A DNA stretch of 64,000 nt from Octopus bimaculoides. Taxonomy: Eukaryota. The translations under genes and the position numbers were made by a program. Below, piece by piece: positions 27,383 to 38,879 of the stretch (position 1 is the stretch's first letter; every line of letters begins with the position of its first letter). The notes under the pieces were generated by a model. It was not told the origin of the DNA. It saw only the letters and a program-made list of their open reading frames with translations, and searched no databases. Location of the stretch: contig NC_068990.1 of assembly GCF_001194135.2 (NCBI RefSeq), positions 89,186,260-89,250,259 of the forward strand, given 5' to 3'.

Positions 27383-27425
27383 CAACATCAGGATCAAAAG
27401 ATCCCGAGTTACCAAATAATGGCAT
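27383..27425 (-). CDS. STAM: First coding exon of signal transducing adapter molecule (VHS/UIM/SH3, ESCRT-0)
   Basis: MPLFGNSGSFDPDV|G resembles the human STAM start MPLFATNPFDQDV|E, with the same phase-1 intron position as I recall it. Donor is a perfect GTAAGT and there is an A at -3. Only 14 codons are available, so the call is not certain. Confidence 0.72.
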
Positions 27426-27640
27426 ATTTTGTAGCCTGTGTTTCACAACAACAGTGGGGGGTCGACGGCAGATGTAAGCTCCTCCTTTTCACATTGACAC
27501 TAAGCTAAAAACTTCAACACTTCACACAGCTTCGACTTCCTCTACAGCTGCCACTGCGCATGTCAATATGATGTCACTTGCTTTTATTTCCGATTGTTCA
27601 TCGGTCCACGTGAGACTGAGTCGACAACTTCCTTTTAGCT
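27426..27640 (-). promoter_or_regulatory. 5' UTR and core promoter of the STAM-like gene
   Basis: CpG-rich; GGAAGT (ETS-type) at 27535-27540 and 27627-27632; ACTGCGCATGTC (NRF-1-like) at 27553-27564; E-box CACGTG at 27607-27612. Confidence 0.55.
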
Positions 27641-28197
27641 TTCTCGCTATATCTTTGTGTGTGTATGTGTGGATATATATATATAATGTTTATATGTGTA
27701 TGTATATATATGTTTATATGTGTATGTATATATATGTTTGTGTGTGTATGTATGTCAAGGCGTCAAAATAAACTTGTACATTATTTTTGAAGCTATAAAG
27801 TAATGCACAAATATTCAGATCTAGGTGCACTGCATCTAATAGCAGAAACAGCTGTAAGCTAATGAAGTTGATTACGTAATTCTTGTTCCTTTGTCATTTA
27901 CTTAACTTCCTATGTTCTATACTTGCAGAACTCTTTATTCTGAAGCATATATATACAGTGTGTTCAATGTTATTAATAGCGCTATGACTAAGCAAAATTT
28001 TCATATTTATATAAAATTTCTTCAAGGGATACCAGTCAAGCCACCTATACCTATATCCAGATACGCCTCAGTCAGTAACTCCCTACTTGAATGGGCCATA
28101 AAATCACAAAACTTCACTTTCAAAAAACTTAACAGATTTTGTTATATTGACCCAAAACACACCTAAGTTTTCTGTGCGTGTGTATATATATATATAT

Positions 28198-28607
28198 NNN
28201 NNNNNNNNNNNNNNNNNNNNNNNNNNNNNNNNNNNNNNNNNNNNNNNNNNNNNNNNNNNNNNNNNNNNNNNNNNNNNNNNNNNNNNNNNNNNNNNNNNNN
28301 NNNNNNNNNNNNNNNNNNNNNNNNNNNNNNNNNNNNNNNNNNNNNNNNNNNNNNNNNNNNNNNNNNNNNNNNNNNNNNNNNNNNNNNNNNNNNNNNNNNN
28401 NNNNNNNNNNNNNNNNNNNNNNNNNNNNNNNNNNNNNNNNNNNNNNNNNNNNNNNNNNNNNNNNNNNNNNNNNNNNNNNNNNNNNNNNNNNNNNNNNNNN
28501 NNNNNNNNNNNNNNNNNNNNNNNNNNNNNNNNNNNNNNNNNNNNNNNNNNNNNNNNNNNNNNNNNNNNNNNNNNNNNNNNNNNNNNNNNNNNNNNNNNNN
28601 NNNNNNN
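28198..28607. other. Assembly gap
   Basis: N run. Confidence 0.99.
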
Positions 28608-29491
28608 ATCCACTCAAGTCTTTGGTCAGGCCGAAGCTATAGTAGAAGACCTTTCCCAAAGTTCCACACTGTGGGACTGAACTCGGGACCATGTGGTTGG
28701 CAAGCAAACTTCTTACCGCACAGCCACGCCTATATTATGAAAGGCGACTGAAGGTGTCTAAATATAGATAAATAAAAAAATATAAGCCAAGGGAAATAAC
28801 TCATAAGCTTTTTTTTTACTAACTTATTTTCCATCCACATTTTTTTTTAGTATATTGATTGCTATCATTTATAGCTGTCTCCACTTCAAGATTCACCCTT
28901 ATATAATTATGTTATCTTTATTTATATGTATGCAAAATTTAAAACTGGTAAAAAAAATTAATCGTACTCTCTTTCTAGTATGAAAAATATCTTCATCAGT
29001 TGATTGGCAGGCTTAATAAGATTATTATCCTATGTTGATGAGGACCAATTGCTGGAAACATGTCCATAGTTGTCTCATGCACATAAAACAAAAACCAGAT
29101 TTTCTTATTCCAAAATACTTCAGAAATTAGTTTTCTTGAAATTGTCTTTAAGTTTATACTTTCTTTTTCCAATTAAGAGAGAAGCTTTAATTGATTAAGA
29201 AGTTTTTATGTATGGCATTCAATAATTTGACTCTACTTAATTACCTATGTAACACATACGTACGTACGTACGTGCATACAGTCATATAGATATATATCTG
29301 ACTGAGTAAAAAGTAAGCAACATTTTGAACCATTAAAAATTTGTACCGGATTTTTGCAGAGTTTTGAATTTTTATAAACATTTTTTCTTTTTTTTTTTTT
29401 GCAATTGTCTGATAATGCAGACATAGACTTTCCCAAATGCATCAATAAATTAACATTGACATTTTTTCCACCGTTCTTACAATCATTAGAA

Positions 29492-30030
29492 ATGGAACTG
29501 TCAAAGTACGATATTCAAGAAATTTTGCAATTCAACTTCATATAAGAATGTAAAGAAGCTGAAACTGCTCGCAATATCAACAAAACGTTTGGTGGTGTAC
29601 TGCTGGACTCTTGCACTATAACTTCTTAAAACCCAGAAAAACCATTACTGTAGAAATATATTGCCATGAAATTGCCAAAAGGAAAGAAAAACTGCTACTC
29701 CTCCGTCCCAGACTGGTCAACAGAAGTGGGCCAACCATTCTTCATGACAATGCTCGACCACATGTTTCATTAATGACGCTCCTGAAGTTGAGGGAACTTG
29801 GCTACGAAGTTCTTCCCCACCCAGCTTATTCCTCAGACCTTTCTCCTACCAACTACCACTTTTTCCAGCACCTTGATCGTTTCCTGCGAGAGAAGGAGTT
29901 AAAAAATCAAACTGATATTGAAAGCGCATTCAAAGAGTTCATCAGCTCCAGAACTCCAAACTTTTATGTTACCGGAATAAACAAACTTGTAACTCATTGG
30001 CAAAAATGTGTTGATTGTAATGATAACAAC
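29492..30030 (+). pseudogene. Mariner (DD34D) transposase relic with internal deletion
   Basis: N-terminus MELSKYDI...AETARNINKTFG joined directly to HYNFL...ILHDNARPH...HPAYSSDLSPTNYHFF...GINKLVTHWQKCVD; the third catalytic D is replaced by N. Confidence 0.9.
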
Positions 30031-30160
30031 TGCATGTCTAAGTGGTTGCCAACAATGTAGAGGCATTGTATATCGAGAGTTACAGAATCTGTGAATCCTC
30101 CTCAGTTGTCTAGCCAGCAGCTTAATGCACTATGATTATATATATATATATATATATATA

Positions 30161-30540
30161 CAGGGTGTGATGGGTAAATTGTTGTTATTTTATATTTTTT
30201 ATTTCGTTTATGCGCATTGATTGTTTTTGATTTTGTTGACTACACAGTATAGAAAGGTCAGTTGGGCACCATCTGTAAGAAAAACAGCACCATGATGTAA
30301 TTCACTCTGTCAGAAATTTGGAAATGACATGCTGTACTGCTTGGCATTTGTGCTGGAAGCTTCAATATGAACATTTCAAAGGGTTTGGGGGCAATCTGAG
30401 GACATGTACCAAGAGTGATCACTAGCGATGGCAACATTATGCCTCCATTCAGCCTATCACACTGCCTCAGACTCAACATGGAGGCCTACATCAAGTGCCC
30501 GGAGGAGGTAGTGCTGCCCTGGGTCAAAAGGGTGGCACTC
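30161..30540 (+). mobile_element. Tc1/mariner (maT-like) relic, internally deleted and 3'-truncated
   Basis: TA|cagggtgtgatgggtaaattg terminus; fragments FTLSEIWK*HAVLLGI and ITSDGNIMPPF...LRLNMEAYIKCPEEVVLPWVKRVA. Confidence 0.7.
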
Positions 30541-30599
30541 AGGTGCACTAGAACTCACCAGAAAAAATAGCCAAAAGTACATGAAAAGTACACAGAATA

Positions 30600-31040
30600 G
30601 AATAGAATAAGTCATTAAAAAGAAAAGATGGAGCAGGGACATGAGGTGAACTGCTGGCGAATTTCAGGAAGCATGGAAATCTTGAAGAATGCAGTGTTCT
30701 GACAACCAGCCACTGATATTGGTAATCTAATCCATGTTTCAGCAATTCTGAACATGAAAAAGTGTTTCCAAAAGCCATGGGAATTATGTTGTTTTTTTGA
30801 TTTTGTAAGAATGTCCATGAGTGAACATGCTTACAAAATCAAAAAGGTGCCCAAGTTTATTGTTAGAATGATGGTGGATAATCTTGTTGGGGTCCATGAA
30901 ATCAGATGCCAGATGCAATGCATTCAGAGTATGGTAGATGCCTGATGGTGGGTGTTCATCTAGTTGCACGTTTCTGAATAGTTTCCAGGAGACTGATATG
31001 CTGAACAAGATAGGGCTTCCAGACTGGTGATGCAAACTTT
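30600..31040 (-). mobile_element. CR1-type LINE ORF2 3' relic
   Basis: NKIIHHHSNNKLGHLFDF...GHSYKIKK...FWKHFFMFRIAETWIRLPISVAGC matches the CR1 C-terminal pattern. Confidence 0.7.
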
Positions 31041-31136
31041 AAGTGCAGATGTACCATAGCCATATACAGCTTAAATAGCTGGAGAGTGGCTGACAAAGAT
31101 CTTACTTCAGCATTCTTGATATATGTATGTATATAT

Positions 31137-31174
<38 letters not shown>

Positions 31175-32869
31175 CACTTGCTCTACTGTACTACTGGACA
31201 ATACTCCTACCTTTTTAGAAATAGCCATAGTTCCTACAGCAAACTTAACCCTCATCTTTAATCCAGGACAACTTTCCAGTTCTATCGTAATCTCTTCAAA
31301 AATTATTCAGATCTTAATCTGCTACATACTAAGTTATCTCTACTATATTTTCAATAAAACCTTACGATAAAACACACTACATTTTCTTATATATATAAAC
31401 AATCTATTTCCTGTACCACATATATATCTAACATAGCTGGAAAATTTCCTTAAAATAAAATAAAACCTCCACTTTCCTTTAAAAAAAAACGAAGAAATTC
31501 ACTTTCAATTTTTTCCTTAAATTCTTACTAAACAATATTTTTTAATTGTTAGGGGTCTTCGTAATACAACTGAAAATTTTGCCTCCTGTTGGTGACTAAA
31601 GGGAGAATAGTGTTTAAGACAACCAAATGGTCGACTGCAGCCATCGTCTTCAAACAACCCAAGTATACATGAGTTGCCTCCCATAATTACAAACCTTATC
31701 TTACCTGTGCCAAATCTTTTCTATAATAACGTCATGCTTTCAAAATGAAACCAGGCGTAAGTTCTAGGTCTTGAGGTAAAAAACCTGAAATATGGACAAG
31801 AACTTGAAGTAGATAAAGCTATAAATGATAGTGTGTAAACATTGAGTTAAAAACTCCATTTCATAAAAGAAGTCAAAGGCTACTCAAACCCACATCTGTC
31901 AGCATACAGTCTTTATATTTTAAGGGGGGAACAGAGTAAATGGGAAGTTGTGACGTTTATTCCTTTCTTTAGGAAATTAAATTGGTGGCACGATACGTGA
32001 AATAGCCAATAAAACAGAGTTCAAGGAATTTGACCCGAAATGTCAGCACTTTTCTCTTTCCCTCCTCACGGCATAGGAGTTTATCCAAATTTATGAACGT
32101 CATTAACTTAACTTGATAAATTCAATGAGAAAGCCTGTAATGAGTTGCTCAACCTGCTAAAAAAAAGTAGTCAAATCTTAAACTACTACTTTAAAAAAGT
32201 ACATATTAGATCAGTCACTCCTAGATGCACAATGTCTGAAAAGATAGAATGGTCACGGTTAAAGCTCATCGATCGATCAGGTTTGCATGATCAAGACTGA
32301 TTAAGAATTACACAAGAGAATCTTTACATGGTCGCTTGACCTGCTAGAAATAGTGTCAAAATCTTCTTCCATTATATTCTACAGTCTTAAATTAGAGGAA
32401 GGACACAAGATAATGAAGACCAGGATACAATGATTGAATGAAAAGATGGGATGATCATGGTTGTGTCTTTGACAATATATTGCCATGGAGTTGAAAAACA
32501 TCTGATAGAGAACTCAATTCAAGGAAGTTCACCTCGTTTCGATATCTGAATATTATTTCCAAGCAAAAGAAAGAAATTCCACAGAACTACAAGTCAAATG
32601 TCAAATAAATTATGCTATCATGAAACATAAGATCTTCAATTTTTCAAACAGTTACCAGGAAAAACTGATAATGCATTAGGACATTATAACGATAATAATT
32701 AGTGGAAATTGTAAACTCTAAACATGAGAACGTAATTTTATTGTTGTCTAGCAACAATAAAATTACGTTCTCATGGCGTACAAAAGAAGGGAAGTAACTC
32801 TTGGACTCATATGTTATATTTCTTTTACTGGTACAGGTCCATTTCTGTTTGTCTCTCTCTGTCTCTGTC

Positions 32870-32902
<33 letters not shown>

Positions 32903-33341
32903 CTCTCCGCACGCGCAGGTGTGGTTGTGTGGTAATAATTTTGCTTCCCAACTACATGGTTCCAAGTTCAGTCCCACAGCATGGCATCTTGTGCAAGTGT
33001 CTTATACCATAGCCCCAGAATGACCAAAGCCTTTCCAGTGAATTTGGTGGACAGGGCTATAGCAGAAGATACTTGCCCAAGGTGCTATGTGGTGGGATTG
33101 AACCTGGAACCATGTGGTTGGGAAACAAACTTCTCATTACTCAGCCATGAAACACTTGGACAGTGAGTCACTCTGTTACTTCTACTAAATATTAATAATA
33201 ATAATATATATATATATCATCATCATCATCATCGTGTAAAGTCCGCCTTCCATGCTGGCATGGCTGGGACGGTTTGACAGGAGACTTCTGTGACTGTTTT
33301 AGTAGGATTTTTACAGCTGGATGCCCTTCCTAACACCAACC

Positions 33342-33661
33342 NNNNNNNNNNNNNNNNNNNNNNNNNNNNNNNNNNNNNNNNNNNNNNNNNNNNNNNNNNN
33401 NNNNNNNNNNNNNNNNNNNNNNNNNNNNNNNNNNNNNNNNNNNNNNNNNNNNNNNNNNNNNNNNNNNNNNNNNNNNNNNNNNNNNNNNNNNNNNNNNNNN
33501 NNNNNNNNNNNNNNNNNNNNNNNNNNNNNNNNNNNNNNNNNNNNNNNNNNNNNNNNNNNNNNNNNNNNNNNNNNNNNNNNNNNNNNNNNNNNNNNNNNNN
33601 NNNNNNNNNNNNNNNNNNNNNNNNNNNNNNNNNNNNNNNNNNNNNNNNNNNNNNNNNNNNN
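33342..33661. other. Assembly gap
   Basis: N run. Confidence 0.99.
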
Positions 33662-35118
33662 GTAAATACCTTTTATCTTTTGTTTCATCTTTTACTTGTT
33701 CCAGTCATTAGACTATGCCCATGCTGGGGCACTGTCTTGGAGAATATTACTCAAACAAATCAACCTCAGGATTTATTTTTTGCTTCTAAATCTGGTAATT
33801 ACCTTATTGGTCTCTTATGTCAAACCACTAACTTACAGGACCATAAAAATATCAACACTGTTCAAGTGTTGGTAAAATCATCTGCACTCAATGTTTATGT
33901 CAAATCACACTTCATATGCAAGCATTATACTGTTTAGGTGGTTGGGTTATCTTTCTCAATAGATTTCGCCTGTTTCACATGCAATAATAGTAGACACCAT
34001 TCACCTGGTCCCGAATGAGTACAGAAAGAATACTCTCCCCTCTCCCCCAATATATCTCAAGCAGTCTTGACTGAAAGCTTTACTATACCTATATAATTTA
34101 TTCCTAACATATAGAACCACCTCACTGCAGTGGCATTATTAGACTAATAGTATGTGGACACTGTTCTTAATTGCTGACTTGGAAGTTCTCCAGAAGAAAG
34201 ATAAAAAATATTATAATTGTCTCTTCAAGACAAAATGAACAGCTTCAGTACATGACAAAGTTTATCATCGATAGAAAGCAAAGATGAAAGCTCCACCAAA
34301 GAATAACAGAGAGTGCATGGAACACCTAACAGTGAATGAGGAAGCTGCTTGACTCATTGGCTGGGTCTGCTATTGATCCAACTGCCACTGATCAACTTGA
34401 TAAGCTGCAGAAAGATAATTTTCTATGAAGAACAATTAGACATGCTCAGTCTACTGCAACACCAACAAATGGTGGCAACGTGGGTGTAGGTATAGCTGCG
34501 TGTTTAAAAGGCTTATCTTACCTAACCAGGGTTCTGTGTTTGATCTCACTGTGCAGCAGCATTTTGATATTATGAGTTGATCTTATGAGAGAGATTTGGC
34601 AGATGGAAACAGTGTTGAATCCCATTGTGTATGTGTGTGCACACATGCATACATGTATGCACGCGTATGTATGTATGTATGTATGTATGATGTATGTATA
34701 TTCATGTTTGTTTTTATGTCAAGTTATAATGCTTTCTGCTATAGGCTCAAAACCTGAAATTTAGTTGATTACATCGTCCCAAGCTCTCAACCGGTACTTA
34801 TTTTATCAAACTCAAAGGGATGAAAAGCAAAGTAAACCTTGGCAGAATTTGAACTCAGAACATGAAGCTTGAAGAAATGCTGCTCAGCATTTTATGTGTC
34901 ACAATTCTGCCAACTCATTGCCTTATGTTGACTCACAATAAAAACAAATTTTTTGCATTAAATTGAAGGATTACTCAATACTTTTTGTAGAGTACATATT
35001 TATTATTCTTCTACAAGAATAGTATTGACAGTGACTTTGAAGTTTTAGCCTGCTTTACCTTCACTGAACTGCCCAATGAAGGTTATATTTGTGTTTATGT
35101 ATGTATATATATATATAT

Positions 35119-35300
35119 NNNNNNNNNNNNNNNNNNNNNNNNNNNNNNNNNNNNNNNNNNNNNNNNNNNNNNNNNNNNNNNNNNNNNNNNNNNNNNNNNN
35201 NNNNNNNNNNNNNNNNNNNNNNNNNNNNNNNNNNNNNNNNNNNNNNNNNNNNNNNNNNNNNNNNNNNNNNNNNNNNNNNNNNNNNNNNNNNNNNNNNNNN
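35119..35300. other. Assembly gap
   Basis: N run. Confidence 0.99.
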
Positions 35301-35357
35301 TTTCATAGCATGGATTGCACCAACTTGGTATTATTGGCAAAACTGATAAGTGCGGTG

Positions 35358-35403
<46 letters not shown>

Positions 35404-35424
35404 TAATAATAATAATAATGATAA

Positions 35425-35585
35425 TGATAGTAACATCAAAAAATACCTTAGGAATGAGAACCCAGGTTCTAAATTTCCCCAAGACACCTGATGAAGGCTG
35501 GAGAGTGTTTCAGCCGAAACGTGTTAACAACAAACAAGATGAGGACAAACATCTGTCAAATGTGAATAGCGTAAATAATATCCTT
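35425..35585 (+). mobile_element. Solo Penelope pLTR fragment preceded by expanded (AAT)n
   Basis: Near-identical to the reverse complement of 20399-20550. Confidence 0.9.
35483..35525 (+). ncRNA. Minimal hammerhead ribozyme, copy 3 (3-nt deletion at the cleavage site)
   Basis: gacac-CTGATGA-a-ggctg...cagcc-GAAAC-gtgtt; one GTT/TTG triplet is missing. Confidence 0.7.
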
Positions 35586-36138
35586 TGACCGGTCCAGCGT
35601 AGAAAGACCTACCAGGAGCTTGCTGACATGGCTCTCAGGGTCATTGACATACACAAGCCATCATACGGCAGCAAGGACTGGACCTTGTAGAGGTCAGCTT
35701 ATACTTACTGCTACTCTATTCCAATTATTTTTTTTTTTATCCATTTAGCACTGGGTTCACTAGTGATGAGTGACAACAATGGGGACAGACAGAGGACACT
35801 ACTGGAAATCCTCAACTGGGATTCTTTTCAGTGACAAAATGACAAGAGTCAAATGATAGCATAAAGAAAAAAAATTAATTAATGAGTATTTATCCAGTCC
35901 ATGCTCTTTGTTGGTGACAAAACAGTTTTTTTTTTTCAGACATGGCATTGCTTTTCTTGAACGATGAAGGGGTGGTAAAAAGAGTTTTTAAAAGTATTCA
36001 TGTTCTGGCTTGCCAGGCTGGTGCATTTAATTATAGCAGTTGAAACAATAAAATGATTTTAAGAGAGCTGTCAAAGGAAAACTGAGTATTAAATCATGGA
36101 AGGCACAAACTCTTCAGGGTGGTGCTCCTTGTTTTTAG

Positions 36139-36207
36139 AGAGGGAGAGGGCTTTTGTTTTACAAATACATTGATGTTGTTGTTCTTGGTGAAACTGATTT
36201 CTCTGGG
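36139..36207 (+). CDS. Candidate 69-nt exon (RGRGLLFYKYIDVVVLGETDFSG), gene unknown
   Basis: ccttgtttttag acceptor, GGG|GTAAGT donor, open frame, length divisible by 3; no recognised homology. Confidence 0.25.
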
Positions 36208-36739
36208 GTAAGTCAACTTAGAAAAAATAGGAGGTGGCACTTTTTATTGGATAAGCAAAGAAAGAAAATGGAATTAGGTTATCTGGTTTTGGGGTTGTAA
36301 GGAAAACTACCATTGCTAAACAACTATGATAACTACCTCAAGGTCAAAGAGGTTGCATTATGACATTAAAAGCAGATCTTAAGGAGAAGAACTCAGCATT
36401 TTTAATAAGCTGCCATGCTGTGATAATGCCTTGTAATAAATACAACAAAAATACTTTTTTATGATAGCTTACAGTCCTACATCTCAAAAGTCCCTTGTAA
36501 TGATTAGGTCCTACCATTTGGTGTCAAGGTAGTTTCTGATTCTGATAGTTGGTTTGGTACAAATTGGTATTCACTTCCCTGTCAGGCCTTACCAAAAGAA
36601 AGCGTGACCTTTGAACCTTTGAACAAATTGGTGTTCACTTCGCTGCCAAAGTAGTGTTTTTGTTCTTGGCCACAAGGTTTGTTCAAGTTAGGACAAGCCA
36701 CTTTGGTATGTCTATTTGGCTTGTGTCTGAATGGGTGAC

Positions 36740-37215
36740 CCAACTAAAGTCGATCAGTCTTTGACCTGTGTCCAAATAGCATTCAGCTGATCCCACTGGT
36801 CATCTATTTTTAGCTAGAGCTATCTAGATGCTTTTTCTTCAGCCTCTACATTATTTTTTGATGGGTCTTCCTCTGGTCACTCCTGTAATACCCGTGGCTC
36901 CACAGGCCTTATCAAAGGAAAGACTGACCTTTGAACCTTCTACTGCCTGTCTCCACTGACATGCATCTGCTCCTGCACCTGTTTCTGCAATTCCTGATAG
37001 TTTGCGCCATTCACCTCAAGGCATAGTTAGTTCCAGCAGAATGAGCTGTCTTGTGGCCTCTGAAACCAAGACAATGTCTGATCTCAACAAGGACAAGGTG
37101 ATTAAGAGATGACTTTTCAGCTGTCTCTCCGGACCAAGTGTCAACTCCCAGTCAAGTGCCTTAGGAAACAAACAATCACAGCTGGGTCTTTTCCTTTGGT
37201 CATTCTCCCATCTTA
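36740..37215 (-). mobile_element. Hero/NeSL-type non-LTR retrotransposon relic (restriction-like endonuclease)
   Basis: DWEL...RQL...LRSDIVLVSEATRQLILLELTMP* (PD-x-E motif) and GITG...IKN..EAEEKASR*L*LKIDDQW. Confidence 0.8.
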
Positions 37216-37489
37216 ACAAAAATTATTCCTCTAGCTGTAGTGTGGATGTAACTTTAATTGAATCTCTGATCTTTAATGTCTTTTGTTGTTCTTTAAAGAA
37301 ATTGTTTTATAGAATTTAATAAAAATTAGATTTTCTTTGTTTTTCTTTGGTTAAGCATTAAAACTGGCAAAATGTGTCCATTACAAAAGCTGTGCCACTT
37401 AATTTAAACTTCTCAAACTCAATCTGATTCTTACGGTACTTTTGGTAGTTGAATTTTGCATCCAACCAAAATAGGAGCCTCTGTACGGT

Positions 37490-37774
37490 TGTTTGATTTG
37501 CTAGAAATAGCAGCTAAATTTCTTTAAATAACACCCTACTGCCTTAAAACAGGAAGGATATTTTAGCCAACATAATCCTAGGTATACAGAAAGATGGGTT
37601 AGACAAAGCTGGAACATCTTTGATTATAGATCTACTTGATCAAGATTGACTTGGGGACTAAAGAAGAAGAAGGAGAAGGAGAAGAAGAAGAAAAAGAAGA
37701 AGAAGAAAAAGAAGAAGAAGGAGGAGAAGAAGAAAAAGAAGAAGAAGGAGGAGAAGAAGAAGAAGAAGAAGAAG

Positions 37775-37803
<29 letters not shown>
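37490..37803 (+). mobile_element. Unclassified retroposon (family C) with a (GAA)n tail
   Basis: tgctagaaatagcagctaaat...gatcaagattgacttgggg(a)ctaaa followed by about 140 bp of GAA repeats; roughly 15 related copies in the window. Confidence 0.7.
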
Positions 37804-37807
<4 letters not shown>

Positions 37808-38005
37808 TCTCATCATTTCTGCATCACTAAAGTTTAACCATGACACACAATGAAATAATGCTCTCATATCTGGAATGGTACTATTGCTACAGCACATACA
37901 GACATGCTAGACTGCACCCCTTCCCACCCCCAATGCCACCAGACAAATTGACCAGAAGTCATTCTCCAACACACTCCAATCTCTGTCCCTCAGGATTATG
38001 TTAGC

Positions 38006-38246
38006 ATTGTTCGAAAATAATTGTTTGAAACAATTATTCGAAAACAATTATTCGAAAAACATTTATTCGAATGGATAATTATATTAATGGAAATTATTCA
38101 AAAGGACAATTATATGAAATGTTAATTATTCTAAATATTTTTATTTAAACAAAAATGATAAAATTAAGAATCAAGTACACAAATGATATTTATTTCAAAT
38201 AACTGCTTTTTGAATAATTGTTTTCAAACCATTGTTTTCGAACAAT
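38006..38246. mobile_element. Small foldback-type element with repeated-subunit inverted arms
   Basis: Left attgttcgaaaataattgtttgaaacaattattcgaaaa versus reverse complement of right attgttcgaaaacaatggtttgaaaacaattattcaaaaa; subrepeats of about 15 bp. Confidence 0.65.
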
Positions 38247-38274
38247 TTTCATGATACGGTTCCACAGACATTTT

Positions 38275-38545
38275 GTCTTCTCTCTCAACCTTTTCTACTC
38301 TTACTACAATGGCCTCTGCTTTTTGGACTTGATTGATCTCACACCAAATCCAGTCAGTCTCCCTTGTCTTTCCTTCTGTCATCACTCATATTGTATCTAC
38401 TTCCTACTCCTGCACCAACCATTTCCCCAATTCTTTCTCCCTAAAACATTATCTCTCTGGAATCCCCTCCCTGTTCATGTCTTTCCTTCATATGTTGACT
38501 TACAGCTGTTAGAAGTGGAACATCAACTATGTTAATCTTCAAATG
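38275..38545 (+). mobile_element. CR1/L2-group LINE ORF2 C-terminal relic
   Basis: SLNLFYSYYNGLC...FFLPKTLSLWNPLPVHVFP..DLQ. Confidence 0.65.
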
Positions 38546-38879
38546 CCTTTGAAGCTTCATATGTACAATCCCACTTCCCAAACAAATAACAAAGATTAAC
38601 AAATACATAACTCAATAAATGATGGATCTACCTTGTGAGTTTAAGTCTTGGTTGTGTGTTTTCATAATGAAAGTTGTTAGTTGTTTCTGTCATGTTTTTG
38701 GCTCCAAGCAGTCTTGATCCAACAGTCATATGGTCAAACGTATTATAGTCATAGCCATCCTATTTTATTTCCCTGATGTAGTCTATCTAGGACTACATTA
38801 TCTAATGTGTGCCTCTATTTCTTTTTTCATTTTTTACATTACTTTGAGAAGGAAGGGTAAAAATCCATGACTCTTTTCA

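Noticed and set aside
27912-28166. 84-aa plus-strand ORF after a strong acceptor
   Set aside because: No recognisable domain and no donor or partner exon; it runs into a gap.
31150-31450. Possible mitochondrial insertion (G-poor, long open frame)
   Set aside because: Translation with the invertebrate mitochondrial code matched no mitochondrial protein I recognise.
31620-31810. Mariner 5' fragment
   Set aside because: Only a weak resemblance and no clear TIR pair; not strong enough to list as a feature.
37636-37897. Poly-Glu and poly-Leu ORFs
   Set aside because: These are translations of the (GAA)n tail of a family C element.
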